DNA of 64,000 nt from Alkalispirochaeta sp. (GCA_965242725.1 CBDESZ010000030.1:32001-96000); one strand, 5' to 3'; counted from the first letter of the stretch, positions 9,676-19,456 are shown. Numbers and translations: made by a program. Notes: generated from the sequence alone by a model not told the origin.

Positions 9676-9970
9676 TCCCGCCTTATGCACGACACGACAT
9701 ATCCGTCGTCGGCCCGCTAATCGTTGATCTATCGACCTGCCGGACAATTATGACGGACAGGTGTCTCGGTGAACATGTAAAACAAGACCGTACTCATTTT
9801 GGTTGGGTCGGAGTTTGACCCGCCGAAGCTTCCATGTCCATGCACGTACACTCTCCCGGCAATCTGTTCAGTACACCTCTATACCGGGTCTGAATCGCAG
9901 TCGCTACCCGCGACGACCCGGGCAAATCAACGCTTGTATTGAGACATATGAACCTGGACAAAGTGCATAA
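9676..9970 (-). ncRNA. Candidate structured non-coding RNA (possibly 6S-like); strand and ends uncertain
   Basis: No ORF >=60 aa; lies between two terminators; nested long-range complementarity (TTATGCAC/GTGCATAA, CGTTGATTT/AGATCAACG) plus internal hairpins; possible promoter TTGTCC-17-TACAAG (9961-9933). Confidence 0.5.
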
Positions 9971-9995
9971 AAAAAGAGCGGCCCGAAGGCCGCTC
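9969..9995 (-). terminator. Intrinsic terminator of the Msp-like gene
   Basis: GAGCGGCC-TTCG-GGCCGCTC followed by T7 (cUUCGg tetraloop). Confidence 0.9.
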
Positions 9996-10017
9996 CCGGA
10001 ATCAAATACCGTGTGAA

Positions 10018-11544
10018 TTAGTATTCGATCTTGGTGGCAAAGGTAAGCGTACCCATTTTACCGGTTACGTTATCAAGTGCCGTGTCGTAGTAGGCGCCCG
10101 CACCGTAGGTGAGGCCGTCATACAGACCGTTTCCGTCGCCAACCACGGTGTCGTCGTCGGAGAGGAGAAGGTTACCACTGGAGTACTCAACGGTGAAGGT
10201 CGTTGCCGAGATCACGTTGATGTCCACACCAAGGTTCAGACCGAGACCGACTTCGTCGTCAGTCGCGTTCACATCGTCCAGGTCGGAGTTTGCCCACATC
10301 AGACCGAAGAAGGGAGAAACCACGCCAAGGTCGGCATCCAGCTCAACGAGGAAACCGAGTTTGTTCAGCGCATCACCTTCTACGTCATCGACCGTGGAGG
10401 TCATGGTGGAGTACTCAACCAGTGCGATAGCTCCAACTACGGGAAGGAGTCCGTCGTCGCCACCGGCTTCGAGGAACGCCGCGCGGAAGAACATGTAGTT
10501 GTCAAAGGTAGCCGTGTCGTTTGTGGCGTGATAGTCGTTACCGAGACCGAACTCTACACCAACACCCTGCTGGGATTCATCGGATGCTTCAGCAAGAACT
10601 TCCTGGTCGGCATCGCCCCAGACAGCCTTTGCACCGGCAATGACTTCCCAGTCCATCGCGCCTTCGCGACCGGAAGTGGAGTCGTCGGCTTCACCGGCAG
10701 CTGCGTCGTTGAAGAGGTCAAATCCGAGGTAGGGGATGAGGGTGATCATATCGTCGAGAGGCATTTCGTACTCAAAGCCAAGACCGACGAAAGCGTTGTC
10801 GCCGAAATCACCGGCCGCTTCGGAACCGTTGTATCCGTCGCCATCAACATCACCGTCGGTGATATGGGTCCGCAGGGGAGAAGACAGGTCAACGGAAATC
10901 GTCAGCATGTCAATGGTGGTTTCCGTGAAGATCGCACCTTTGTAGTTGTTGTAGAGGTTGTCCGACCAGTCATCGGCAGTACCACCGGCGGCGGCGCTGT
11001 CGCTGGCAATAACCAGTTCAATGTTGAAAAGATCGGGGATGTCGTATCCGACTGCCACGCTCGTTCCGTCATCGGTGCCCGCAACGTTACCGGCGAGGCC
11101 GAAGATGGATTCCTCAAGGTTGAGGGAAACCGCAGCCTGATCGACGTCGTTGTCAGCGGTTGCCACGACGATGTATGCGGGACCCATGAAGACCTTGGCG
11201 GTGATGTCACCGTTGGTTCCGCCCAGAGCCGGTGCGGTACCTTCGGCGCCGTCGGCTGCAATGGTTACTTCGAAATCTTCGATTTCGATGTATCCGTAGG
11301 TGTCGCCTTCACCGAATTCAGTCGTCTGCTCTTCAATAAGGGTGATATTGAGATCGATGTTGTGGTCAAGCTGGAAACCACTGGTGGGGCCTTTAACCTG
11401 CTGACCGGCATTTGACACGCCGTCCAGGTTTACCCCGAAGGTAGCCGTTGCTTCTGCTTCCAGTTCGTACTCGACCTGGACCTGTGCGAAGACCATGGAG
11501 CTGACCATGAGCATCGCGAGTAGTAGGAGAGAAAGTTTTCTCAT
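10018..11544 (-). CDS. Major outer sheath (Msp/MOSP)-like outer-membrane beta-barrel protein
   Basis: Sec signal peptide (SMVFA/Q), ATATFGVNL N-terminal motif, amphipathic beta strands, C-terminal ...TKIEY, strong SD GAGGAGG, extremely acidic. Confidence 0.75.
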   Translation of the reverse strand: MRKLSLLLLAMLMVSSMVFAQVQVEYELEAEATATFGVNLDGVSNAGQQVKGPTSGFQLDHNIDLNITLIEEQTTEFGEGDTYGYIEIEDFEVTIAADGAEGTAPALGGTNGDITAKVFMGPAYIVVATADNDVDQAAVSLNLEESIFGLAGNVAGTDDGTSVAVGYDIPDLFNIELVIASDSAAAGGTADDWSDNLYNNYKGAIFTETTIDMLTISVDLSSPLRTHITDGDVDGDGYNGSEAAGDFGDNAFVGLGFEYEMPLDDMITLIPYLGFDLFNDAAAGEADDSTSGREGAMDWEVIAGAKAVWGDADQEVLAEASDESQQGVGVEFGLGNDYHATNDTATFDNYMFFRAAFLEAGGDDGLLPVVGAIALVEYSTMTSTVDDVEGDALNKLGFLVELDADLGVVSPFFGLMWANSDLDDVNATDDEVGLGLNLGVDINVISATTFTVEYSSGNLLLSDDDTVVGDGNGLYDGLTYGAGAYYDTALDNVTGKMGTLTFATKIEY

Positions 11545-11619
11545 TATGGATTCCTCCTCGAATGTGTCGGGGCTCAGGTCAACGACCCGGTTACACCCCT
11601 GATCTTAGGATTCTACGGT

Positions 11620-11648
11620 AGTATAGCAACCGCAAATTTCGCTGTCAA
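11620..11648 (-). promoter_or_regulatory. Strong sigma70 promoter of the Msp-like gene
   Basis: TTGACA N17 TATACT with extended -10 TG. Confidence 0.8.
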
Positions 11649-11768
11649 GAAATATTGTGACGCTATATCACCGTTATTTCGGTTTCTGACCGGTAAAACA
11701 GAGAATATATGAAAAGGTTACACTGTAAGTTTCTCGTTATATGTTGGTTTTTGGGTTATTCTTAAGGA

Positions 11769-12881
11769 GTGAAGCCCTTGGAGAAGCGTGTCGCCGGTGA
11801 GTGGTTTGAGGTGAAAGAGCGGTTGCATCGCCCCGAGGCGCTCTATGGCTATTTCAGGGAGATCGAGAAGAACGAACGCCGGCGGGAGCGGCAGGTGAGT
11901 GTTTTTGGGGAGGCGGCGGCGGCGCTGGAGTCCGCCGTCGAGGGGGGCGTGTTTGAGGTCCGCCGCCGCCTCATCACCGACATCCTTGGTGAGCTCGCCG
12001 AGGCGGAGTACTCAAGCGAGGTGTTTGGACGCCTCCATGAGCTCTCCTGCGAGGCTTCCGCACTGGTCGTGGTTACCGCCCTTGAGCACGCCCTGTTGCG
12101 GGGGGATTTGGCCTTTGAGGAGGGGACGGGCGAGGCGGAACCGTCAGGTTCAACAGAAAAAACAGAGGCGGAAAATGCGCAGATCAAGGACATCATTGCG
12201 GATATCAGGGAGATTGTCGCAAGCGATCCGAGCGCCAAAATGAATCAGGCGATCAAGAATATTCTCCTCCAGGCGCGGAAGTACCGCGATGAGGCGGCGA
12301 CCTTTAAGAAGCTCAGGGAACAGGCGTCTGATTATCGACTGGAGATGTACACCAAGACCTTTTCGGCGACCTTTCAGCAGATATTTGACAGTATTCGTCG
12401 CAATTACGGCAGCTATTTAGAGGAACGGGAGGAGGAGCTGCGACGGGAACGGGGCGACGAGGCGTCGCCTCTGGCGGGTCTGGAAACGCGGCCGTGGGTA
12501 CGTGCGACGGCGGAGGCCCTTGAGGATGCGAGCAGGCTGCGGGCGACCGTCGCCTTTGCTTCGGAGGAGCACAGCGGCATGCGCAGTGTTCTCGTCGCCC
12601 TCGCCCGGGAACGGGACCGCCTGCTTGAGCAGATTGAGAGTGAACGGGAGATCGCGGAAGGCGTCTGCCGCGACGCCTCGGGGGGAGACTCGGTGGAGGG
12701 CACAGCGGATGACGGGAGCGACGGCGGCAGAAGCGACGGTTCTGAGGATGGTAACAACACCGGAGGCGCTGAAAACAGTGGCGCGGGACGCTCCCGGGAC
12801 GGATCGGCGCAGGCAAAAAAACTTGCCCGCCTGATGTCCCTGGAGATAGCGGCGCGGTTGAAGAGATGGATTGAGACGTAA
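11769..12881 (+). CDS. Hypothetical helical/coiled-coil protein
   Basis: 370-aa ORF with normal coding bias filling the gap between the Msp-like gene and manC; G/D/S-rich insert near the C-terminus. Confidence 0.75.
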   Translation: MKPLEKRVAGEWFEVKERLHRPEALYGYFREIEKNERRRERQVSVFGEAAAALESAVEGGVFEVRRRLITDILGELAEAEYSSEVFGRLHELSCEASALVVVTALEHALLRGDLAFEEGTGEAEPSGSTEKTEAENAQIKDIIADIREIVASDPSAKMNQAIKNILLQARKYRDEAATFKKLREQASDYRLEMYTKTFSATFQQIFDSIRRNYGSYLEEREEELRRERGDEASPLAGLETRPWVRATAEALEDASRLRATVAFASEEHSGMRSVLVALARERDRLLEQIESEREIAEGVCRDASGGDSVEGTADDGSDGGRSDGSEDGNNTGGAENSGAGRSRDGSAQAKKLARLMSLEIAARLKRWIET

Positions 12882-12886
12882 CGTCC

Positions 12887-14038
12887 CTACGTCAAATCCT
12901 CATATCCTTTTTCATGGAGCGCCTCCACCGCGTCTCTGACGTGCTGGCCGCTGCCGCGGCGGGCGACGAGGACACGACCGTTTTTTACCACCACCATGAG
13001 ATCTTCCACGCCGCAGAGTACGACGGGGATTTCCGAGTAGACGTAGTTGTCTCCGCTCTCAACGGCGACCACCGGTGGACGGGGACGGCCGTCCCGGGGC
13101 GCGTAGGAGTTGTCTCCCTTACGGCCGACGACGCCGTCGGCGGTGAGCTGCGCCATTTCATCCCAGCTGCCGACGTCATTCCAGTGAAAATGCGTTTCGA
13201 TCATTGCGCCCTTGCGGGAGCGCTCCATGACGGCATAGTCGATGGAGATCTTCGGAAGGCTGTGATAGAGCTGGGCGAGATAGCTTGAGTGCCACGCGAC
13301 GGTGATACCTTCACGGTTGAGCTCGGGAAGGGCGATGCGGCGCTGCTCGTAGGGCAGCTCGTCGATCTCCGCGAAGGCCGTCGTAATTTCCGGCTGAAAT
13401 GCGGTGAGCTCGCCCCAGAGGTCGCTGTTACGAAAGACGAACATTCCGCTGTTCCAGAAGAAGCTGCCGGCCGCGAGGTACGTCGCCGCCGTCTCGGCGT
13501 CCGGTTTTTCCCGGAACGAAACCACACGCCGCCCCTTTTCTTCCGGTTCTCCCGCCTCGATATATCCATATCCCGTTTCCGGTCTTGTTGGATTGATACC
13601 GAAGGTCACAATGTGTCCCTTTTTCGCAAGTTCCGCCGCAGCCCCGACGTCGGTGACGAATTGCGCCACCGGTGTAATGAGATGGTCCGAAGCGAGGACC
13701 AGCGACGTCTCGTCGGCGGCCCCGCTGTCCCGGAGGTATGCGACGGCAAATCCGAGGGCCGGTGCGGTGTTGCGCATTTCCGGCTCCGGCAGGATGACGA
13801 TACGCTCCCTGATGGCACCCAGTTTGAGGCAGTCATCGAGTACGAGGTCCATCTGGGAGTGGTGGGTGACGATGACGATCGTCGCCCTGGGGGCCGTCTC
13901 GGCGGCCCGCTGAACGGTCATCTGGAGCAGGGAGCGTCCCGTTCCGGGATCAAAGAACTGTTTGGGTCGCCGACCGACGGAGGCGGGCCACAGGCGCGTT
14001 CCCGATCCACCGGCCAATATGATTACGTTATCTACCAT
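12887..14038 (-). CDS. manC: Mannose-1-phosphate guanylyltransferase
   Basis: ILAGGSGTRLWP, PKQF, EPEMRNTAPA, SDH, PETGYGYI, EKPD, WNSGMF, SIDYAVME, WNDVGSW; start moved to ATG 14038. Confidence 0.95.
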   Translation of the reverse strand: MVDNVIILAGGSGTRLWPASVGRRPKQFFDPGTGRSLLQMTVQRAAETAPRATIVIVTHHSQMDLVLDDCLKLGAIRERIVILPEPEMRNTAPALGFAVAYLRDSGAADETSLVLASDHLITPVAQFVTDVGAAAELAKKGHIVTFGINPTRPETGYGYIEAGEPEEKGRRVVSFREKPDAETAATYLAAGSFFWNSGMFVFRNSDLWGELTAFQPEITTAFAEIDELPYEQRRIALPELNREGITVAWHSSYLAQLYHSLPKISIDYAVMERSRKGAMIETHFHWNDVGSWDEMAQLTADGVVGRKGDNSYAPRDGRPRPPVVAVESGDNYVYSEIPVVLCGVEDLMVVVKNGRVLVARRGSGQHVRDAVEALHEKGYEDLT

Positions 14039-14045
14039 CACCGCC

Positions 14046-14092
14046 AATATATCCGTTTTTTCATTGACCGCCAACGATGGGACTTTTAGAAT
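14046..14092. promoter_or_regulatory. Overlapping divergent sigma70 promoters for manC and ilvE
   Basis: Plus: TTGACC(14064) N17 TAGAAT(14087), 6 nt, ATG; minus: TTGGCG(14074) N17 TATATT(14051), 7 nt, ATG. Confidence 0.7.
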
Positions 14093-14098
14093 GGTCCT

Positions 14099-15208
14099 AT
14101 GGCCGCACAATTTACACTCGCCCTGTACCCGTGGGTATACGTGGCACATTTCAACGGGTCTCCCGCCAACGGTGAAGAGGCGTGGGACTACGAGTTCAAA
14201 GAGCAGGAGCATATGACGCCGGCCGAAGAGGCGGCGCTCCCGGAAGACGAGCGGAAGAACCTTCTTGCACGTCGCAATTCCATCGCCGGATTGCCCCTGG
14301 TCAATTACACCACCCAGTACGGGTATGGCTGTTTTGAGGGGCTCAAGGCGTTTCCGCAGAAAGACGGTTCCCTCAGGATGTTCCGCCCCGACCAGAACGG
14401 CGAGCGCATGTACCGTTCCATGAAGGGATTGAAAATGCCGCCCTTCCCGGTTGAGATGTTTATTGAGGCGGTCATGGGCGTTGTAAGACGGAACAAGAAG
14501 CTCGGCTTTGCCCCGGAGTACGACGCCGCGTGGGAGAAAGACAACTTTCTCACCGCCCGGTCGGTGTATTTGCGCCCCTTTTCCTATTCAGAGCCGGGAA
14601 TCGGTCTTAATCTGAGCCACGAGCCCTATGTGGTCGTCATTTCCACACCGGTGGGCAGCTATTTTGACCTCGACGCCGACAGCAAGGCGACGACGACCAC
14701 CAAGATTCGCGCCACCAAGGGCGGGACGGGGTGGATCAAGTGCGACGCCAATTACGTGATTCCCACGATGGAAAAACACGCAATGATGGATCTCGGCTAT
14801 ATGGAGACGGTATTTCTGGACGCGGCGACGCAGTCCTATGTGGAAGAGGGTTCCTCGAGTAACATCTTCTTTCTCATGAGCGACGGCACCCTGGTTACCC
14901 CCAGCCTTGAGGACACCATCCTCCCCGGCATTACCCGCAGCAGCGTTATTCAGCTCGCCAAAGACCGGCACGTCACCGTTGAAGAACGGCGCGTGACGAT
15001 TCAGGAGGTGATGGATGATGCGATGGAAGCCTTTGTGACCGGAACCGCCGCAGGCCTTTCCTATCTGGAGTCACTGACGCACAAAGGGAAGGAACGGGTC
15101 TTCCGGGAACGTAAGATCGGTGAGCTGACCCGGGATATTCTGCATGAACTCAAGGGCATTCAGTACGGTGCGGTGGAAGACCGGCACGGCTGGATGTTTG
15201 AGGTTTAG
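14099..15208 (+). CDS. ilvE: Branched-chain amino acid aminotransferase (PLP fold IV)
   Basis: YGYGCFEGLKA, FRPDQN, YLRPF, KCDANY, EEGSSSN, ILPGITR, GTAA. Confidence 0.93.
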   Translation: MAAQFTLALYPWVYVAHFNGSPANGEEAWDYEFKEQEHMTPAEEAALPEDERKNLLARRNSIAGLPLVNYTTQYGYGCFEGLKAFPQKDGSLRMFRPDQNGERMYRSMKGLKMPPFPVEMFIEAVMGVVRRNKKLGFAPEYDAAWEKDNFLTARSVYLRPFSYSEPGIGLNLSHEPYVVVISTPVGSYFDLDADSKATTTTKIRATKGGTGWIKCDANYVIPTMEKHAMMDLGYMETVFLDAATQSYVEEGSSSNIFFLMSDGTLVTPSLEDTILPGITRSSVIQLAKDRHVTVEERRVTIQEVMDDAMEAFVTGTAAGLSYLESLTHKGKERVFRERKIGELTRDILHELKGIQYGAVEDRHGWMFEV

Positions 15209-15221
15209 GTACCGGAAGCAC

Positions 15222-18200
15222 CTACCAGAGGTCCTGTTCCGGATCTCTGGGTATTTCCACGTATATCTGAGGCTGAAAGCCTTCTTCTTCGGGATAGAGT
15301 ATTTCCCTGATATTGAGAAAGGCGAGATCCGTCGCCAGCGCCCGCTCCCCCGTCTCTGAATCTCTGAGGTAGTTTCCCGACAGTTCCGTGGAGCGCTGCA
15401 GATTGGTCAGCGCCTCCGAGAGGTAGGGGTTGCCGTCGGGACCGACCGATGTGGTCTCGCCCATGCGGTACTGTGCAATTCCCAGGTTGTTGGATACCCG
15501 CACCATGTTTTCTATAAGGGCCCGGTGTGAGGTATCTTCTTCCACGAGGAGTGTGTTGATCCGGGCGCGCTGCTGGTTGAGGCGATCCATCAGTTCCGCA
15601 TAGAGCGCCTCCGCGGCGATATAGTTTCCCCGCTGGTAGAGGGCATTTGCCCGGGCGTATATGACGTTGTTGTTGTAGCTGAAGATCTCACTGATGGATC
15701 CGATTGAAAAGAAGAGCTCCGTCGCCCGCTCATAGTTTTCATCACGGTAGTGGACGTACCCCCGCTTGTATTGAACCTCGTCGGTTACGTACCCGTCGGC
15801 GACGGCATCGTTGTATCGGGAGAGCGCCCGCTCATAGTCCCGACCGTGATAGTAGTAGATGTCGCCTAGACGGGAGTAGACCCGGGCAAGCTCCCCATCC
15901 TCGGAGAGGAACGCCGCCTCCTTTGCCCCTTCATAGCGGCGCAGTGCCTCGTCGAAGTCCTCCTGAGCGTTGAGGATCTCCTCCATGCGGTACCAGTATT
16001 CGCCGCGCATGATGTAGGTATCGATCTGTTTTCTCAGACGCCGCTGGGAAAGCGGTTCCGCCTCGCTGAATGCGGCGACAGCGTTATCAAGGGCGGTTTT
16101 CTCTTCCTGTGGACTGGTTGTTCGCCTGTTGTAGCGCGCAAGTTCGTAATGAATTTCCGGAACGAGAGGATCCTCGTCGTATGCACGGAAGAGCATGTCC
16201 CGGATGCCGGCGATGCGACCGCGATCGAGGAGGTACCCCGCAGCTTCAGCATAGATTTGCGGGTCTATCGCTGCCTCCGGTGAGACTTCTTCAAAGACGT
16301 TGACCAGTTGTTCCACCTGTCGCTCGTTGTCGGTCCTGATGAAGTAACGGAGGAATCGCATGAGAACTTCATCGGTGTCGCCGTGCCGGTTGAGGAGCGT
16401 TGCGTAGGCGAGACGGGCGCGTTCGTAGTATTCCCCGTTTTCCTCGGCCCAGCGCATATAATTGTCTCCCCGCCCGAGGAGCGCCTCGTAATCGTACTCG
16501 TCGGCGAAGAGGAGGATCGAGTAGAGTTCGTCCGCCCGGCGGTAATTTGCAAGGACCTCAGACTGCAGCGCCGCGTGGTCCAGTATGGCCGGCTTGTGGA
16601 CGTTGAGGACATCAAAGAACTGCAGTCGCCTGTTCCGGTCGTCTATCGCCCGGCTGACGCCGAGGTCACCATTCCGCACGATTTCAATGAGCCGCTCCCG
16701 CCGCTCTGGGGCCATTCCGAAGACGAGTTGATCGTATTTTTCTACCGCCAGCTGATACTGGTACTTCCGCTCGTAGAGCCGGGCGTACCGCAGGAACCAC
16801 TCGTCCCGTCGACGAAGGTCGTAAGCCCGTCGAAATGTGTCGTTTGCCTCTTCATAGCGGTCGTTTTCCGCCTGCTCATAGCCCTGTCGGTAGAGGATTG
16901 CCGCATGGACCGGCTGATATATGAAGCGGTATGCCAGGAATCCGACAACCGCGGCGATGACGGTTACAATGGCTATTGTACGCAGTGCCGGCAGGATGAC
17001 GTGGCGCAGCCGAAAGGCGAAGGTCCGCCGCTCTTCTTCAAAGGCGAGCCCCGTCCGCTTCTGATAACCCTTGGGTACGGTGATCCGGGTGTCCAGCATT
17101 TTGGACAGCTGGTCGGCAACCGCCTGGGGAGCGGCCCCTGCGATGAGAAGGTCGATGAGGGCATCAATCTCCTCGGGAGAACCCTTTCCGTGACCGACGG
17201 CCTCTTCCGCAGCGATTTTTACGTTGAGGGGGAGTGTTCCCAGGGTCTGCTGGATGTGGGTGAATTCCGTGTCCGACAGCTCCCGTTCCCGGGGAACTCC
17301 CGCCTCTTCCGGTACCGCCGTGGCTTCCTCAACCTCTTCGCCACCCTCGTCCAGGCCCGCGGTGTCCACTTCCAATCCGGCAAAATCGTCTATCGACTCG
17401 TCGGTGATTTCAAATTCTTCTCCAAAATCACCGAGGCTGAAGCCCTCTTCATCGAGAGATTCAAGGTCTTCGTCTACTTCCGGTATTTCAAATGAGTCGT
17501 CCAGCCCTGCCAGTGCGTCTTCGCCGCCGGCCACATCGTCTATATCAATGTCGCCGAAATCGGCATCGACCTTTTCACCGAAGTCTGCGCCGAATATGTC
17601 ATCTTCCGTTTCTTCCGGCTCTTCAGGCTCTTCTTCCTCTTCTATTTCTCCGGTGTAACCCGCGTCGACCGCGCGGGCGAAATCCTCCTCCGCCAGCTCT
17701 TCTACTTCCGAGAAGTCTTCCGCCTCTTCATATTCGCCCTCTTCCGGCGTCTGGTCGGAGAACTCGTCTACTTCATCGAGCCGTCCGAACTCTTCAGAGC
17801 CGTCCAGGTTATCGAGGTCGGGAAGTTCCTCGGCTGCTTCGAAATCGTCCGCGGCTTCAGGCACACCCTCGGAATCTTCATCGGTTTCGGGTTCGGGTTC
17901 GCCGAAATCTTCATCGCCGATGTCATCAAAATCGGGCGGAAGGAACGCTTCTTCGTCCTCCCCTTCTTCGTCCTCCCCTTCTTCGTCGCCTGCTGAAGGT
18001 TCAGACGGTCCTTCCGGCTCAGCGGTGGATTCCGCCGCCCAATCCTCGGTTTCCGGGAAATCGCCCAGGTCTGCCAGGTCATCAAGGTCGTCCAGATTGT
18101 CAAAGTCATCAAATGCAAAATCGTCGGACTCGGGCTCTTCGGTTTCCGGGACACCACTCTCCGGCTCCTCCGCGGGCGCTTCCTCGTCCGTTCCCGATTC

Positions 18201-18599
18201 GGAGGGTTCTCCCGCAAGCTCGTCCTCCGCCGTCCCTGAATCACCCCACTCGTCGGGCGTCTCCTCTGAGGAGAAATCGGAGGGAAAGGGAATATCGTCG
18301 CCGCCGAGATCCAGTCCGGCAAAGGGGTCATCCTCTTCGGAAGAGGGGGCTTCCTCTTCTTCCGGCGTCTCCTCTTCATCAAATACGGAATCGAGATTGG
18401 AGAGGAGTGCGGCGGTGTCGGAAAGGGACTCACTGTCCTCTTCCGCTTCGTCAAGAAGGGCGGAAAGATCATCATCGATGGTACTGTCGGGACGCGGCGG
18501 CGGCTCGACGATCTCACCCCGTTGGGCTGCTACCGCCGGCTCGTCGCCGAGATACGAGAGTTGCTGATGCAGTTGTTCAATACGTTCCGTTGACGGCAT
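15222..18599 (-). CDS. flcA: Periplasmic flagellar collar protein FlcA-like (acidic disordered N-region, TM helix, TPR domain)
   Basis: MPS..LGDE N-terminus, long D/E-rich region, LPLNVKIA block, TM at ILPALRTIAIVTVIAAVVGFLAY, TPR repeats. Confidence 0.75.
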   Translation of the reverse strand: MPSTERIEQLHQQLSYLGDEPAVAAQRGEIVEPPPRPDSTIDDDLSALLDEAEEDSESLSDTAALLSNLDSVFDEEETPEEEEAPSSEEDDPFAGLDLGGDDIPFPSDFSSEETPDEWGDSGTAEDELAGEPSESGTDEEAPAEEPESGVPETEEPESDDFAFDDFDNLDDLDDLADLGDFPETEDWAAESTAEPEGPSEPSAGDEEGEDEEGEDEEAFLPPDFDDIGDEDFGEPEPETDEDSEGVPEAADDFEAAEELPDLDNLDGSEEFGRLDEVDEFSDQTPEEGEYEEAEDFSEVEELAEEDFARAVDAGYTGEIEEEEEPEEPEETEDDIFGADFGEKVDADFGDIDIDDVAGGEDALAGLDDSFEIPEVDEDLESLDEEGFSLGDFGEEFEITDESIDDFAGLEVDTAGLDEGGEEVEEATAVPEEAGVPRERELSDTEFTHIQQTLGTLPLNVKIAAEEAVGHGKGSPEEIDALIDLLIAGAAPQAVADQLSKMLDTRITVPKGYQKRTGLAFEEERRTFAFRLRHVILPALRTIAIVTVIAAVVGFLAYRFIYQPVHAAILYRQGYEQAENDRYEEANDTFRRAYDLRRRDEWFLRYARLYERKYQYQLAVEKYDQLVFGMAPERRERLIEIVRNGDLGVSRAIDDRNRRLQFFDVLNVHKPAILDHAALQSEVLANYRRADELYSILLFADEYDYEALLGRGDNYMRWAEENGEYYERARLAYATLLNRHGDTDEVLMRFLRYFIRTDNERQVEQLVNVFEEVSPEAAIDPQIYAEAAGYLLDRGRIAGIRDMLFRAYDEDPLVPEIHYELARYNRRTTSPQEEKTALDNAVAAFSEAEPLSQRRLRKQIDTYIMRGEYWYRMEEILNAQEDFDEALRRYEGAKEAAFLSEDGELARVYSRLGDIYYYHGRDYERALSRYNDAVADGYVTDEVQYKRGYVHYRDENYERATELFFSIGSISEIFSYNNNVIYARANALYQRGNYIAAEALYAELMDRLNQQRARINTLLVEEDTSHRALIENMVRVSNNLGIAQYRMGETTSVGPDGNPYLSEALTNLQRSTELSGNYLRDSETGERALATDLAFLNIREILYPEEEGFQPQIYVEIPRDPEQDLW

Positions 18600-18676
18600 C
18601 TTTTCCTGCGTACTATGTCGGCTATTCTTGTGACGGAATCAAGCCCCATTGATCGGTTACCGATATACTGTAACAT

Positions 18677-19456
18677 ATGAGGTTATACGTGGCATCGATC
18701 TTGTGGATCCTTTTTCTCGGTGTTGCCCTTGAGGAGACGGACGCACAGGTATCGACGGACACCTTTCTTGAAGTTGCAGGAATACGTGAAGCGGGCCCGC
18801 CGCAGATCTTCAGCGACGTTGTCGTTTTTACCTATGAACAGCGGGAGTTTGCCCGCTATGTTGCCGCCGCCTTTGAACACGAGAACTTCCAGGAGTTACA
18901 TGTATTTACCGCCCGCAAGCGGGATGGGGAGCCCGATCTCTTCTACCTTTCCTATCCCATCGAAGGCCTGTCCGGCGAAATACGGTACCGGCTGATCGTG
19001 GACGGCGTATGGATACCCGATCCCAATGCGCGAAAGGTGAGCACCGATCGCCGCGGTATTTCATTGAGTACGGTTACCCTTCCGGAACCACCGGACTACC
19101 GGACGGTGTCCCCCCGGTTTCACCCTGACGGGACGGTGACATTTTCCTTTGCCTTTCACCCGAGGATCACCCCTACCCTGGAAACCGTCGACGCCCGTCA
19201 GCTGCGGGTATCGATGTTCGACAACCCGCGGGTCACCGTGGCGGGAACCTTCAACGGGTGGGATCCCTATATGCACCGGTTGAGCGGACCCGACGAGAAT
19301 GATTTTTACTCAATTCGCATTCCCGTACCGCCGGGTCCGCATTACTATTACTTTATTGTAAATGGCCGGCGCATTCTGGACCCGCTGAACGATCAACGTG
19401 GGACGGATCTTCAGACGGGAGCACTGGTATCCCGCATGTACGTCGAACGGCGTTGA
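18677..19456 (+). CDS. Exported protein with two CBM48/isoamylase early-set (glycogen-binding) domains
   Basis: Signal peptide; YRLIVDGVWIPDP, VTVAGTFNGWDP and YYFIVNG..DPLN motifs. Confidence 0.8.
   Translation: MRLYVASILWILFLGVALEETDAQVSTDTFLEVAGIREAGPPQIFSDVVVFTYEQREFARYVAAAFEHENFQELHVFTARKRDGEPDLFYLSYPIEGLSGEIRYRLIVDGVWIPDPNARKVSTDRRGISLSTVTLPEPPDYRTVSPRFHPDGTVTFSFAFHPRITPTLETVDARQLRVSMFDNPRVTVAGTFNGWDPYMHRLSGPDENDFYSIRIPVPPGPHYYYFIVNGRRILDPLNDQRGTDLQTGALVSRMYVERR

Noticed and set aside
9676..9970. tmRNA, RNase P RNA or SRP RNA
   Set aside because: No tRNA-like ends, no GAGGAAAGTCC, and no SRP GGAA-loop motif found on either strand
14039..14212. N-terminal extension of manC overlapping ilvE (similar extensions for oppA, proS, rimO, recX, arsR and ORF 50022)
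   Set aside because: Homology starts later, and promoter or SD positions support the shorter starts
3137..18652. Long antisense or alternate-frame ORFs (e.g. 3137..4243, 3468..4544, 10528..11415, 16308..17495, 17492..18652)
   Set aside because: Shadows of well-supported genes in GC-rich DNA; R/S/P-rich with no motifs
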